Positions 27,168 to 40,378 of a stretch of 64,000 nucleotides of DNA are shown piece by piece. The notes under the pieces are model-generated. The model had not been told where the DNA came from and did no database searches. It saw only the letters and a list, made by a program, of their open reading frames with translations. How positions within the stretch are numbered: the stretch's first letter is position 1; each line of letters opens with the position of its first letter. Position numbers and translations under genes: made by a program. The stretch is from Callorhinchus milii. Its lineage: Eukaryota. The stretch spans positions 12,710,001 through 12,774,000 of the forward strand of contig NW_024704749.1 in the NCBI RefSeq assembly GCF_018977255.1. The letters are read 5' to 3'.

Positions 27168-28440
27168 ACAACAACAATGACAACAACAACAACAAAATTA
27201 CATTTGTTGTAAGAGTGGTGCAGAGTGGCGAAAGACCCGCCCGCTGATAGTGGGGCGAGCAAGGTGGGGAATGTGAAGCAGGCCGGAGCCCGCTGAGCAG
27301 AGGGAGCAAGGGTGGTAGGGGGATAGAAGGTTGGAGAGGTGGGGGAGGTAAGACCGTGGAGGGCTTCGAAGGTGAGGACCAGAAACTTGAACTGTATCCT
27401 CTGTGTGATGGGAAGCCAGTGGAGTCGGGCGAGGATGGGGGTGATAGGGTCACAGAGCCTGGTGCGGGAGAGGACACAGGCTGCAGAGTTCTGGATGATC
27501 TGTAGCCTATGGAGGGAGGAGTTGGGGAAGCCGACAAGCAGTGAGTTTGCATAGTCAAGCCTCGATGGAATGAAAACGTGTATAAGGGTTTCAGCGGCCT
27601 GTGGTGTGAGATAGTGGCGAAGCCGGGCGATGTTGTGGAGGTGGAGGAAGGCAGAGCAGGTCATGGCGCAGATGTGGGGTAGAAAGGATAGTTGAGGGTC
27701 AAACAAGGAGCCAAGGTTCCGGACTGGCTTAGTAAGGTAGAGTGTGCAACCATGGATGGTGATGCTGTCAGTGCCTGAGGTGAGGAGGCGCTGACGGTAG
27801 CCAATCAGGAGAGCCTCAGTCTTGTTGACGTTCAACTGAAGAAAGTTAGTTCTCATCCAGGACTTGATGTCTGACAGACATTCTGTCAGGACAGCAGTGG
27901 GTCCTGGAATCAAGGGTGGAGGCAGAGAGGTAGAGTTGGGTGACATCCGCTTACATGTGGAAGTTGACCCCATGTCTGCAGATGATGTCACCAAGAGGGA
28001 GCATATAGATGTTGAAGAGGAGGGGACCAAGGACAGAGCCCTGAGGAACTCCACACGAGACGGTGCGGGGGCTGGAGGAGAAGCCGTTTGAGGAGATGAA
28101 GTGCAGGCGGTGTGAAAGGTACGATCTGTACCAATCAAGGACAGCGCCGTGGAGGTTGAGATGAGAGGTGGTGGATGAGGAAAGAGTGGTCGACGGTGTC
28201 GAAGGCAGCAGAGAGGTCAAGGAGGACGAGGAGGCAGAGGGAGCTCTGGTCGCAGACGGACAGACTGTCATTTGTCACTTTGACCAGGGCTGTTTCTGTG
28301 CTGTGGATGGAAACCAGATTGGAGGGGTTCGAGAAGGGAGTAGCGGGAGAGGAAGGAGTGAAGCTGGGAAGCAACAACTCATTCCAGGACCTTGGAGAGG
28401 ATGGGGAGACTGGAGATGGGGCGGACTGTAGGATAACTAG
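27168..28440 (-). mobile_element. 5'-truncated, frameshifted L2-clade LINE (ORF2 reverse transcriptase C-terminal half)
   Basis: [57 protein letters not shown] and SRLDYANSLL spread over several frames; catalytic YADD disrupted; (AAC)n tail. Confidence 0.92.
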
Positions 28441-31400
28441 TTAGAGTAACCTAGGAAACCATCCCAGAGGACACAAACCTTCCAGTGGAATCGAGGCAAA
28501 CCACAACTGTCTGGCTAACTCTCGCCATTCAGTTATTCAATGTGTTAATAAGATACCGGCTGCTTCTCCAGCTGTGCCTGATTCAGAGTCTACGTGTGAG
28601 GAGGGAACAGTCAGGATTGTGAGAGAAAAAGACACTGGTTTAACACCGGCGTTACTGTCTAGATGGCTGTTAGACTCTGATTGTGTTTGAAGCCAGAGAC
28701 AGCCTTTATGTAACACCTGGAGTAGAGCTCACACACTCACACCAACTCACACACACACACACAAACTCACAAACACACCAGTCTCGCGCTCTCACATCAT
28801 GCCCATCATGAGGCTGATATCTGAAATTCTTTCCTCAACAAGCCGATCAGCGAATCTCCAGGATATCAGTTATAATATACAGCTCACAGTAATCCCCTGT
28901 CTGGCTGTGTTCTGCAAATCCCATCTCGCTCTAACCCACAGCTTGTTAGCGCTCGTTATCTATTCCTTCATAATGTTCAAAGTCAGATAGCCATCCACCT
29001 CACTTTTAAAGGGATGAATCGACATACGCTGACTGTTACAAGGGGAGTCTGTTCTCTGCGGACCATTTTCTATTTTCTCCATGAGAAAAGTAATTTCTTC
29101 TAATCTGTGGCCTTGTTCAATCTCATTCAAGTCAGCTGCTCCTGTGACTGCAGCCGAGTTCCTGTTGCAAAGCCAATTTCCCACCAAACAATTGATTATT
29201 TGGCCTCTGATTTCATTTACTTTTTTATCAGCTTCAGACTCCCAGAGACAGCACCTTGCCAAGCGTCTGCCCAATCCCAGCAGTGTCATAGGCCTCACCT
29301 CTCAGCTAACATCAGCAAATGTTTGTCACTCTCTGTTTCCTCAGACCTTTGTGCGGGTGATTGAGTGGAACATGTCTATAAACACAAAATTAACAGTCAC
29401 ACCACTTGACAGTGTATCTTGTGAAGCGCTTGGAGACATCTCAATGATATGATAAGGTTCTATATCAAATGGAAAGATTATTTTTATTATTAATCAGAGG
29501 TCAGAGATTCTGACTGCTACAGGCTGTGCTTCTGGTTGGTAAAGTGCTCATTGGGTATAAAAGTTCAAAAGAGATCTCTGCCCACACCCCCACAGAGGCT
29601 GAGGCTGGCGATTCTGTGTGAGCAGAGCCTTGGGAAGGTCAGTGCAGCTGTTTAATTGCTTGTGACGTTACACAGGCCTGGGGTAATCGGACGGACGGGC
29701 ACACGAGATGGGAAGCTCATTAACCAACATCAGGGCTCACACTAGAGAGAATTGGCTAATGAAAACATAAATTATACCATATATTACCATATATTAAGTG
29801 TGACTTTAAATTTCTACCATCTATTGTGTGCACACTGTAACAGACCATCTCTAAATTACAAGTGCAAGACATGCGTGAAATTGAATTCACACTGGGTGTG
29901 TTTGACATAGTGTTTTACTTTCTGTGTACAATACACGCTCTGTAATAATCGCTTTCCCTGGTATAACATCAGGAAATGGGACACTCTCTGCTGTGCGCAA
30001 TTGGCTGCCGCATTTCGCCCACAAATATAGTCAATTCACTTTACAATCCATTCTGTGAAGCGTTTTGAGACGTTAAGAAGACGTGAAAAGCTCTATATCA
30101 AGTGCAAGAATTATTATTTATTATTAAATGGAGCATCATTGGCTATAGTGAGGGGGGCAGCGAGGGCAGTGGGGGGACATGACCTCCCAGAGGTGAACCT
30201 AGAACCACAGGCTGAGCAAAAGTGTCAAACAAGCTAAAACCAGCCAGTGCCAACCCGTGCCAGCCAGTGCTGGTCAGTACCAGCCATTACCAGCGAGTGA
30301 TGAGGAGGGTGAACGCCAGGCGGGAGGATCTCATTCCCGTGGACTCCTTCCTCCCCAAGAACGCTGGAATCCTAGCAGCTTTTGTGAGGAAGAAATTGCT
30401 CTTTAATCGGCTGATTCCAATGACAATTCACCTGACATAAAACCCTCCCGGCCTCAGCTTGCTTTGCTCATATATTCAAAGCCACAATTCCTCACTGTAA
30501 TACACAGCAGGCCACAGAGAGGTGTGATACTGATATCTGTCTGTTATACGTTTAGGTTTACCTGAAGAATGCTAGCGGATGAGTGCATTATTATTGTGAA
30601 GGTTAAAGCTTATGAATAGCAGAGAGAGTGGCATTTATAATATACTGTCCCCCTGTCTCGCTCTCTTTGTCTCTCACTCTGATCTCTCGCTCTTGTGCTC
30701 TCTCTCTCTCTCTCTCTAAATAATTATATAGTAAATGTTTGGCTTGTTGATCTACTTCCCAGCGCCTTGGGACGTCCTCCTGACGTGAAAGGCGCTATAC
30801 AAAAGTAATTTTCTTGTTGTCGTTGTATTAAGGAGCTGAAGGAAGTGCTGAGTGAGTCCACATTCCCTACAATCCAAACCTTTTCTAGGTGATCTTTGAC
30901 AGCAGATCAGCGTGACTGATGGCAGTGTGGCTGATGGTAGTGTGGTATTCCCAGGAATTACTATGAAATGTAGTAACTGTGTATCTCGTAAGTGAAAGCA
31001 GCAGCAACATCCCCACAAAAGTCACAAAGTGAATGACCAATTTTGTATCTGTTGGCCAGGACAGCAGGAGAGAAAGTGCCATTGGATCTTTAACATTCAC
31101 CTGAACAGTCAGCTGGGACCTCAGCGAGTCTGGTTAATGCCTCGGCAGGGTGCTGGAGCATCAGCCCGTCAGTCGGGAACATGTTCCCTTGTGTAGAGGT
31201 ACAGCCAGATATAGCCACTTCCCATCGAGAACTGGACATGAAGTGTGTCCAATAGGCCAGCGAGATGCTCTCGGAGACTGTGATCGTGCGAGTCTCAGGC
31301 TGTGATCACTGCACCGTCTCCCACATTCCACACACACTGCCCCTCAGCGCACAGCGCTCACTGTGAGGCCTCATTACAGTGATTGACAAGTCCTGCAATT

Positions 31401-34192
31401 ACACAAGCACCTGTTGTGCCAATCTCCCTGCTTCCCGAGTGAGACAGACCAGGTCTCTATCAGCCTCTCTCTCTGTGAGGACTAATGCTGTTGGGGAGTG
31501 CAGAGCTCTCCTCAGTGAGAGAGGAGGCTTGGCTGGACATTCTCAGTCAGCTGCTGCTACCAGTTCTCGCCTGAATCCCTTGGAGCTGATGAGGAACCAG
31601 CAGAGTGGAGCTGAGCACTGAACTTTAGGGGCTGACCTGTGGGTGGGAGCTGAGCTGTGGGGGGTGGGGGCTGAGCTGTGGGGGGCTGACACTGACATGA
31701 ATGGGAACATGTCTTTGCTTATTGTACAGACATTTACCCCCAGAACCCACACTAAATAATCCCGAGCTTTGCTGACAGTAAACAAATTATATTGTGATGG
31801 CCAGAGAAATGGCCACACACAGGAGCACAGCCCAGAGCCCAGAACTCAATCAGCCTCTCATTTAGCTTGTCATCAGCAGCAGGCTTCACTCCACCCTTAA
31901 TGACCTCTGGTCATTTCAGGCATCAGGACCCGTATGGTTGCCTCTGGCTGTGTGGTTCTGCTGAGGGCGGTAATCCAGGGCTGATACGCCTGGGGCGGGA
32001 GATTAGGCCAGTGGGGGTTTAGGCGGTGGGGGATAGGCCAGGGGGCAGCGGTGGCTCCTGGTGCTTGCTTGATGCTGAGCAGCTGGCAGGAAGCACAAGG
32101 TTGATTTGGAGAGTTGGCATCTACACTGTGTGGGCTCAGTAAGCTGCAGCATCAATTAGGATATCAGCAAACTAACAGAACGTCTTGGTAATCAAACTCA
32201 GACACTCAGCTCTCTTAACAGCTGTTTGATAAAGGAGCCCTTCAGCCCATCTGTCTCCTCTGGACATCAGCCCACCTAACAGCAGTCAGACCAGAGCATT
32301 GTAAACACACAGCAAACCCGCTGAAGTCAGTATCACTGCTGCTCTCTCTCCCCCATCGTCAGCCCACACTGTTCTCCCCATGCATCATGTACATTGTACC
32401 TGGTCACAGGAAAGTCAGGAACATTGGGAATATTCAGTTGGAAATGGGAAGCTTTGTGATTTTATTCGTAACCATTACATCCGGGAGGCAATTCTGCCCA
32501 CAAAAAACTATAACAAGAATCTAAACACTATCAGTCACGCCTGGCTCAAAGTGAAAAATCATGCGTTGTTACACTTTGTAATGAGACATATCCATCTCAA
32601 ATGGAATCCATTTATCTTGCCACAGAGAGGAACACAGAGAAGCCAGCTGATGGGAATGTCTGTGTAGTGGAGTGAAGTGAGTGTTACAATGAAATACAAT
32701 TATACATGGTTCCACATGTCAAATTCTCTGTCAGCCAGCTCCCCCACCTCCCAGACATCTGGCGAGAGGAAAACAACGCAAAATATGGGGACAAGAGCGT
32801 TTGGTTCATCATTGATATAGCAACAAGCAAAGTTTTTCATCTCCAATGTACTGGAGTTAGTTTAGATTAAATGAAACCTGGGCCTTGCTCTTACTGACAG
32901 CCCGAGTGACGCGGCTCCAGTTGGAGGTGAGATCACAAGGTCGGTCTGGATGATGAAAGCTCTTCAGCCCATTTGACCTCATCCTTTCAGACCAGCCACC
33001 CACCGTACCCCCATCACACCATCAATCTGCTCCCATTATCCCTGCCTCAGCCACCCTTCCTGACAACCACATCCATTGGTGAGTTACCCTCTGTGTAAAG
33101 AAAACCTTCCTGGTGTCTATCCTGAAACTGCCCTTTGCAGCTCTACAGGCCAAAGGGACATACATCCTCCTCCCAAGCGTCTTGATCTGAGGTGAAATGG
33201 ACAATCGGCATTTTAAGCCTGGTGAGGTGTGTGCGGAGGCAGGATGTGAGCAGGCGGGGGGAGGCGCTGTATCAGCACAAATCCATCCTGCCCCGTCAGT
33301 GTTAACTTATAATCTATTATAATTATAAAATCTAACAAACAAAGGGATAACAACTTCCTCTCTCCTGGCTTCTGTGGGATAATGTGACACACAGCACGGA
33401 TACACTGATGACAAGGGGCGAGGGAAGAGATCTGTCAGCTGTCAACTCAGAGCACAATCTACAGCATAGGCAGGAAAGGAAATATAGTAAATTCTTCCTG
33501 GTTGAATAACATCAACAGGGCTCATCTGTTCACATGAATATACCAGTCAATAAAGCTCTTTGTGCCCAGTTAGCAGCCTGTCCTTGGCGTGTGGTATGGT
33601 CTGTGAAGCAATGGGAGAATTGCACCCTGCTGCAGAATCAGAATTGATTTCAGCCTCACTATCTTTCACTCAGCTTCAAGGTAAAATGTGAATCGATTTT
33701 CTGAGCAGCAAATATGATGTACATCTGATAAAAGCAGACTTCGTAACGCTATCACACTCTCTCTAACACTCCAGCTCTTTAACACTGTCTCATTCTGTAA
33801 CTCTCTATCTCTTTCTTTCTCCCTATTACACTATCTAGCTCAGTAACCTTCTCCCTCTCTCTAACTCTCTCGCTCTGTATCTCTCTCGCTCGCTCCGAGT
33901 TTGTGCTTTTTACAGGATTGTCAGTCCTGGGTGGCTGAGAGCTGAAATATTACTCGCTCACTTAATCACCTTCTGAAGGTCTGCTCCTTGGCCTGAAATT
34001 CCACCCAGTTACTAGTCACTAAGACCACTTTGATTAATTCAGTATTAATTTGGAAACCTTTTAAAAACTGTGGAAATTGAGCTGACATATAGACTGAGTT
34101 TAAGAATCTTCCACAATTCTGCAACAGGCAAAAAGGTCTCACGGGCTAAGACCAGGTGGAATTTCAGACAGACTGACCCAGAGTAACTCTTG

Positions 34193-34210
34193 CTTGCCAC
34201 CTGGTGGCCA
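34193..34210 (-). promoter_or_regulatory. CTCF-like motif
   Basis: Minus strand reads TGGCCACCAGGTGGCAAG, fitting the CCASYAGRKGGC core. Confidence 0.55.
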
Positions 34211-35140
34211 GTTACGGAGAGGCATGTGGCAATTCAGTCATCCTTGCATTTAATACGGCCAATTATCACAACATCAAAAAGTCTCAAAGCGCTTCACAGG
34301 AAACATTGTAAAATGTAGTGAGTGTGCATTTAGTGGGCAAACACAGCAGGCAATTTGCACTTAGCAGCGTCTCATAAACAGCCATGGAGTGAGGAGCAAT
34401 TTTATTTCGAGAATTTTACTTCCACTGAACAGCTGGTAAGTGCGGGTGTTCAGTGCTCGGGGAAGTGAAGTGTGAGACAATAAAGGAACCTAACTGTCTG
34501 CGATGACTGATCCATTCCCATTGGGACACCCACTGCTTCAGGTTAGAATGGCAATACTGTATTATATCCCCCAAATGACACCTTTTATTATGTTGTGAAG
34601 AACTGAGCAGTGGTAGTTTCATGCTGGTTTATGTGTCCTGTATAATTTGTTTCCGGCTTTGCATCAAAACGTAGACTAGATATTAACTGTTCCAATTCTA
34701 ACTCCCATTAGCGTTCGAATTAACACTGTGCTAATCTGGCAAAGGCAATCAATGGTAGGAGGATTACCAACAATGAGGGTATCATGACAAATGAGGCAAT
34801 TTATTCCTAAAAAGAAAGTGATACGGATGGGAGCAGTTCTTCAGTCTGTTCATCCTCTGCTGACTTCAGGCAGCTACACATGGTCTTTGTGTTCGTGTCC
34901 CTCATTAAGGTAATACTTCAGCCGCAGTGTCTAACAGGGTGTAGGGGTAGAGTGTCAGCTATGGACGGAATACAGCAGCCCACCGTGTCCTGTTCAGAAA
35001 GGAATGGAATAAGGATATCGTTGGTGTTAAGCCTGGACACTGTGTGGTTTATATTAGATGCACAAGTTAGCAATCGGATCATCATGTCCTTGATTTGGGG
35101 AGTAGTTTACCTGTACCTTTCCAGCGTGAAAGGAGATGGT

Positions 35141-35347
35141 AATAATAATCCTCCAAAACCAAAAACAATAATAAATTGGTCATTTTCAATCTACGACTGT
35201 TTGTGGGACATTACTGTGCGCAATTGGCTGCTTCGTTCACCCACAAATATACAGTCAATTCACTTTACAGTATATTCTGTGAAGCGCTCTGGGACGTCCT
35301 CCCGACGTGAAAAGCGCTATATCAAATGCAAGGATTATTATTATTAT
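35141..35347 (+). mobile_element. 5'-truncated copy of the same SINE
   Basis: Body and tail match the 3' two-thirds of 21120-21438. Confidence 0.85.
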
Positions 35348-35877
35348 AGGATTATTACAGCATTGGGAATTGGTTACACATCCAGGGGGTGAAAAAGTGA
35401 TATTTTATATGCGGTTTAATGTGATAATTGTTAAACGTTTCACCCATAGGTTATTTTGTGGAATTGGGGTAAAATAGAGTTAATCAATGAACAATGACAG
35501 TTGTGGCTTAAGTGACCAAATTATTATTATTATCATTATTTTGAAGGGAATATTATCCCTGGAAAGCAATCCACCAATCGACTAACAACCGGGTTCCTAC
35601 TTACTGTTGGTAAACAGAGGCGTGGAGTAAGGAAACTTGCGAGTGCTCTAACCACTGAGCTACAGGACTCCACTGTTCCTGTAGGACAAACCCTTCCTGT
35701 GTGGTCCCACCATCAGCATTGTCGTGTTCATTGATACAGGTGGATCTCTGATGACTCAAATGTGGTCCACCCTCCTGACCCCACCCCTCCTGACCCCACC
35801 CCTCCTGACCCCACCCTCCCGACCCCACCCCTCCTGACCCCACCCCCACCTCGGGACCAAAGTCTTCATTATGGCTT

Positions 35878-36233
35878 GGAGTCCTGTAGCTCAGTGGTTA
35901 GAGCACTCGCTTTGCAAGCGAGAGACCTGAGTTCAATTCCAGGCAGAGGGCGAAACCTTGGGCAAGTTTCCTTACTCCACACAGAGCCTAATAATAGTCC
36001 CTCCAAAAACCCAAAACAATAATAAATTGGTCATTTTCAATCTACGACTGTTTGTGGGACATTGCTGTGCGCAATTGGCTGCCGCGTTCGCCCACAAATA
36101 TACAGTCAATTCACTTTACAGTGTGTTCTGTGAAGCGCTTTGGGACGTCCTCTCCCGACGTGAAAAGCGTTATATCAAATGCAAAGATTATTATTATTAT
36201 TATTATTGTTATTATTATTATTATTATTATTAT
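35878..36233 (+). mobile_element. Full-length copy of the same SINE, about 300 bp upstream of the MED15 ATG
   Basis: Near-identical to 21120-21438, with a long (TTA)n tail. Confidence 0.9.
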
Positions 36234-36384
36234 CCAGCGGCCGGGGACAGTGAGCAGCGACACTGTATGTAAATGACATTGTTGTTGTTGTAACTCTGAC
36301 TGTTCAGCGCCTCAGGACGTCCTCCCACATGAAAGGCGCTAAACACATGTCATGTTGTTGTTGTTGTGTTGGCTTCAGGGCACG

Positions 36385-36533
36385 TGGTGGGGGCGGGGTC
36401 ATAGGTGAGGGGCGGGGTGACGCTGCGGGGGCGGGGTCATGGTGTGAGGGGCGGGGTGACGCTGCGGGGGCGGGGCTGGAGGACCAGGAGTCCTCCGGCG
36501 CGGGCCGGCCCGGCATGCTGTGCGGTGTGCGCG
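36385..36533 (+). promoter_or_regulatory. MED15 CpG-island promoter with repeated GC boxes and TGACG half-sites
   Basis: Five GGGGCGGGG boxes; the GGGGCGGGGTGACGCTGC unit is duplicated; high CpG density directly upstream of the ATG. Confidence 0.7.
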
Positions 36534-36601
36534 ATGGAGGCGAGTGTGGGGGAGAGTGACTGGCGGAGCGTGGCTTTCCGGCAGAAAGTGGTGGCGCAGA
36601 T
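36534..36601 (+). CDS. MED15: MED15 exon 1 (start of KIX domain)
   Basis: MEASVGESDWRSVAFRQKVVAQ(I); gtgagt donor; lies in a CpG-rich region. Confidence 0.93.
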
Positions 36602-36868
36602 GTGAGTACCCGCGGGCGGGGCCGCTCAGCGCCGCCTCACGCACTCTCCTCTGGGTCGCCAACCCAGCCCGAGGCTTCAGCGCCGCCTGGGGGCGGACGA
36701 GGCCCTGCATGCGCGGAAGCCTCGGACTTTCCTAGCGCTGATCTCCCCCCCCCCCCTCTCCCCCTCCCTCCCCCCCTCTCTCGCTCCCCCTCCCCCCCCT
36801 CTCTCTCTCTCTCTCCCCCCCACTCCCTCTCTTGCTGAGAGTTTACTGCCTGTCCTATTCCTGACCAG

Positions 36869-36956
36869 TGACGACGCCATGCGGGCAGCAGGGACGCCCA
36901 TCACCAAGTCCAGCAAAGACATGGAGCACCATGTGTTCATGAAGGCCAAGACCAGG
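36869..36956 (+). CDS. MED15: MED15 exon 2
   Basis: DDAMRAAGTPITKSSKDMEHHVFMKAKTR; ccag acceptor, gtgagt donor. Confidence 0.93.
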
Positions 36957-38139
36957 GTGAGTGAGTGAGTGAGTGAGTGAGTGAGTTCCCACTGCTGTGT
37001 ATGTTGTCCAGAATATGATGAAGTGTGTGTGGATGCTCGTTCCATTGCTTCTTTGATTTCAAGATCTAAATGCTTTTGTGAGGTGTTGAATGGATTGTGG
37101 TAGAATGTTGCCCTTGTGCCAACTGATCTACTTCATGGCTTTGGGAGGTGCTATATAAGTTCAGTTGGTTGTTGTTGTCGTTCCAAACTGGTTATCTCGC
37201 ACCCTGTTGAGTAAATGCTGATTCTCTGATGAGTGTCGCAAATATACCAATAATCACTTTAAGGGCAAACTAAAAGATAACTGGCGGAACAGAGGAAAAA
37301 GAGAGAGAGAGAGACGTGCCCGTAGTGAAACCTGAGTGTTCCTCGCGGCTTCTTCAATTATACTTGTTGAAAATGTAAATTGCTGACTTACTGAGCACTT
37401 TAGATTGTCAGAAACTCTGTGTACATTACATGTCAGTCTCCAGCTGTCCCGTTAATGACAACGTTGTTTGAGAGGAACAGCACTGATGCTCAGCACTGTT
37501 CTGTACCAGCAAGCGGCTGAAAGGACACTGGGTTTTACCTGAGGTGGGAGATCGTTTCCCTTTTTTTAAAAAAAAACTAGGCTAATATTGAACAGTGGAG
37601 AGATATTGAGATGGAGCGGGGTGTGAGTGTGGCTGTGTGGTCACGATTACACGGAGGCTGCAGATTGTCAGCACAAAGTACTGGAGCAGTTGAGGTGTTA
37701 GTATATTTAGGCTGTGGAGTTGTGTGTCCTGTAGCTACTGTTTCTAACTTGGCTGCCGTTTGGAATGCTTTTCCTTCAGCTTTGTACAATTGAGATGTGA
37801 GAAAGGTAACGTTACTCATTTTTATACCCATTCTCAAACAATAAAACTTTTTTTCATTTGAAAAGTTATTTCCAGGATGGCGCACGCGTGGCTGAACATT
37901 AGTGAGCGCGCCTCAGGGTCAAACACCTTTAAATGTTCCATATGTATTCTGAAATGGAAAATAACTTAAAGGTATTAATTCGATGTCCTACAACTACAGC
38001 TTTGCTGATGGTGACTGAGCACCTGACTAGGATTCTATGTGTGTGTATACGCATGCGTGTGTGTACATTTCTACATGTGAGTGTCTCTATGCGCGTATGC
38101 GTTGCCGGGAGTGGTTTATACCATCTCTGGTTGTGACAT

Positions 38140-39045
38140 AATAACAATACAAAATTACATTTGTAAAGAGCCTTTCACTTTGGGAGCACATCCTAAGGCA
38201 CTGAACAGTCAGGGATTAGGACCCGAGCGGGAGGTGGGAGCAGGGTTGGGATCAGGGAGGGTAGGAGGGTGGCTGAAGGCCCAGACGAAGAGTAGGGTCT
38301 TGAGGCATGCCTTGAAGGAGGCAAGTGAGGGAGCAAGGCGTAAGGAATAAGAACATAAGAATTAGGAGCAGGAGTCGGCCATTCGGCCCCTCGAGCCCTG
38401 CTCCGCCATTCGATAAGATCATGGCTGATCTTCTCACCTAACTCTAGTTACCTGCCCTGTCCCCATATCCCCTAATCCCTCTGTTTTTTAAAAATCCATC
38501 AGTTTCAGCCTTGAAGATGTTCAAGGACTGACTGAGCATCTACAGCCTTCTGGGGGAGTGAATTCCAATAAAGTCACTACCCTCTGAGTGAAGAAATGTT
38601 TCCTCAACTCTGTTCTAAAAGGCTGACCCTTAATTTTAAGATTGTGACCCCTGGTTATAGATTCTCCCACCGGGGAAACAGACCCTCAGTGTCTACTTTA
38701 TCAGCCCTTTAAGAATCTTATATGTTTCAATAAGTACTCTAGAGAATACAGCCCCAGTTTATTCAGCCTATCCTCATAGGTCAGTCCCTCATCCCAGGAA
38801 CTAACCAAGTGAATCTACGCTGCACTCCCTCTAGGGCAAGTATGTCCTTTTTTAAATAAGGAGATCAAAACTGCACACAATACTCTAGGAATGTGGGATG
38901 GAGGTCTAGAGGGTGGGGGTAGAGAGGCTGAAGGCCCAACTACTGATAGTGGGGCAGCCGGGGGACATGGAGCAGGCTGGAGCCTGCTGAGCGGAGGGAG
39001 CGGACAGGTTGATAAGGCGTTAGCAGGTCGGAGAGGTAGGAGGAG
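38140..39045 (-). mobile_element. L2 3' end interrupted by a nested CR1 3' end (CR1 at 38349-38886)
   Basis: L2 tail and UTR on the left, L2 ORF2 remnant on the right; the insert begins with the CR1-type tail aagaacataagaa; AGGAAT is duplicated at both junctions. Confidence 0.8.
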
Positions 39046-39236
39046 TAATGCAATAAGTAGGTAATTCCAGCATGATATCCTTTCCCTAAATATCTTCGCC
39101 TGTAATTTTGATTGGAAGGAGATGTGTAAGACCTCTCTGGAACCCAGGATAGCTTCTTTGCTTTCTCTCGTTTGTCAAACTGTGAGACTTCCTCACCTTA
39201 TGTCTCACATCTTTATTCTCCTTCATTTGTCAACAG

Positions 39237-39288
39237 GAAGAGTATCTCAGTTTGGTGGCGAGGCTTATTCTGCACTTTCGAGATATTC
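39237..39288 (+). CDS. MED15: MED15 exon 3
   Basis: EEYLSLVARLILHFRDI; acag acceptor, gtgagt donor. Confidence 0.93.
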
Positions 39289-39532
39289 GTGAGTACTTGC
39301 CTCTCACTGTTGCAATGTTTTGTCGCTTTGTTGCACAAATTATGATTTTCTAACTGGAAGAGATTTTCCTAACGGTGTGTCACTCTTCTAAATGCCGTAT
39401 ATGATTGACTCATAAATAACTCCCAATACCTTCTGTCCGTTTGTCAGCAGATAAAAAGTGCCTCTTTACATTGGCTGCATCTGTCAAAGCTGTGAGCACT
39501 GTGTAATCTTTTGACATTTCATGTCTTTGCAG

Positions 39533-39553
39533 ATAAGAAATCCCGAAGTGGTG
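39533..39553 (+). CDS. MED15: MED15 exon 4 (21-nt microexon)
   Basis: (H)KKSRSG; ctttgcag acceptor, gtaagt donor; phase 1-1; positionally matches the short human HNKKS exon. Confidence 0.8.
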
Positions 39554-40378
39554 GTAAGTAGTGATTTAATTTCCAACTTTTCACTGAAAAATCACAGGGT
39601 AAAACCCACCAAGACCTGATACAGCAACCACCTCCTGTGCCTGGGGCAGCCCTAATGTGTCACCGCAATGGGCACATGCCCTGCGGGGGAATCAACTGAA
39701 TTAAATGTCATCTCAAACAAGCAATATTTATTGATTGATTGGCAGTGGTGTCAGTCACTATCTGCTGTGTCACTTTCCCCAATCCACGATGCAAGAGAGA
39801 GAAAGAGAGAATATTGGGAAGCGTGACAGTCAGTCACATATCCTCGCAAGAGCGGCAGAGAATGGGTAAAAGGGTTTGTAGAACCGTAGTAATTTACAAC
39901 ACAGAAGGCAGCCATTCAGCCCACTGTGTCAGTGCTGCTCATTTAAACAGCAATCCTTTCAGTCCATTCATGTTTGGCCTCTGTTTCATGTGCAGGTTAC
40001 ATTTCCAAGTGTTTCCCACTCCTTTTCTGACATCTGCCACGTTTCGGCCACAAAATACATTTGCTACACTTTATAGTGTATTCCGTGAAGCGCTTTGAAA
40101 CATCACAACAACATGATCAGGCGCTATATCAAATGCAAAGATTATCATTTTATTACTATCTAAGTTAATTTTTCTTCCTTTAATCCTCAGCCTCCCCTCT
40201 CAGAATCAAGCGATACATTTCTTTTGAAGCAATACCGTTGTGAATAGGAGGGTTGTTGCTGTACATTAAATATTAGCAAAGAGGCACAGTGGGATGAGGA
40301 ATAATGTGTGTTTGGATATCAGATTGTAAACCTGTGAGTGTCTGGATTTGCAGTGTAACATTGCCCCTGTTGTTGCAG

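Noticed and set aside
27161-28138. 325-aa ORF as a functional reverse transcriptase
   Set aside because: RT motifs are split across frames, YADD is destroyed and the element is 5'-truncated; it is a dead L2 copy.
17300-36300. Hidden gene (for example KLHL22) between GALNT9 and MED15
   Set aside because: No ORF with BTB/Kelch or other recognisable protein similarity; the ORFs here are TE fragments or random. Small or non-coding exons cannot be excluded.
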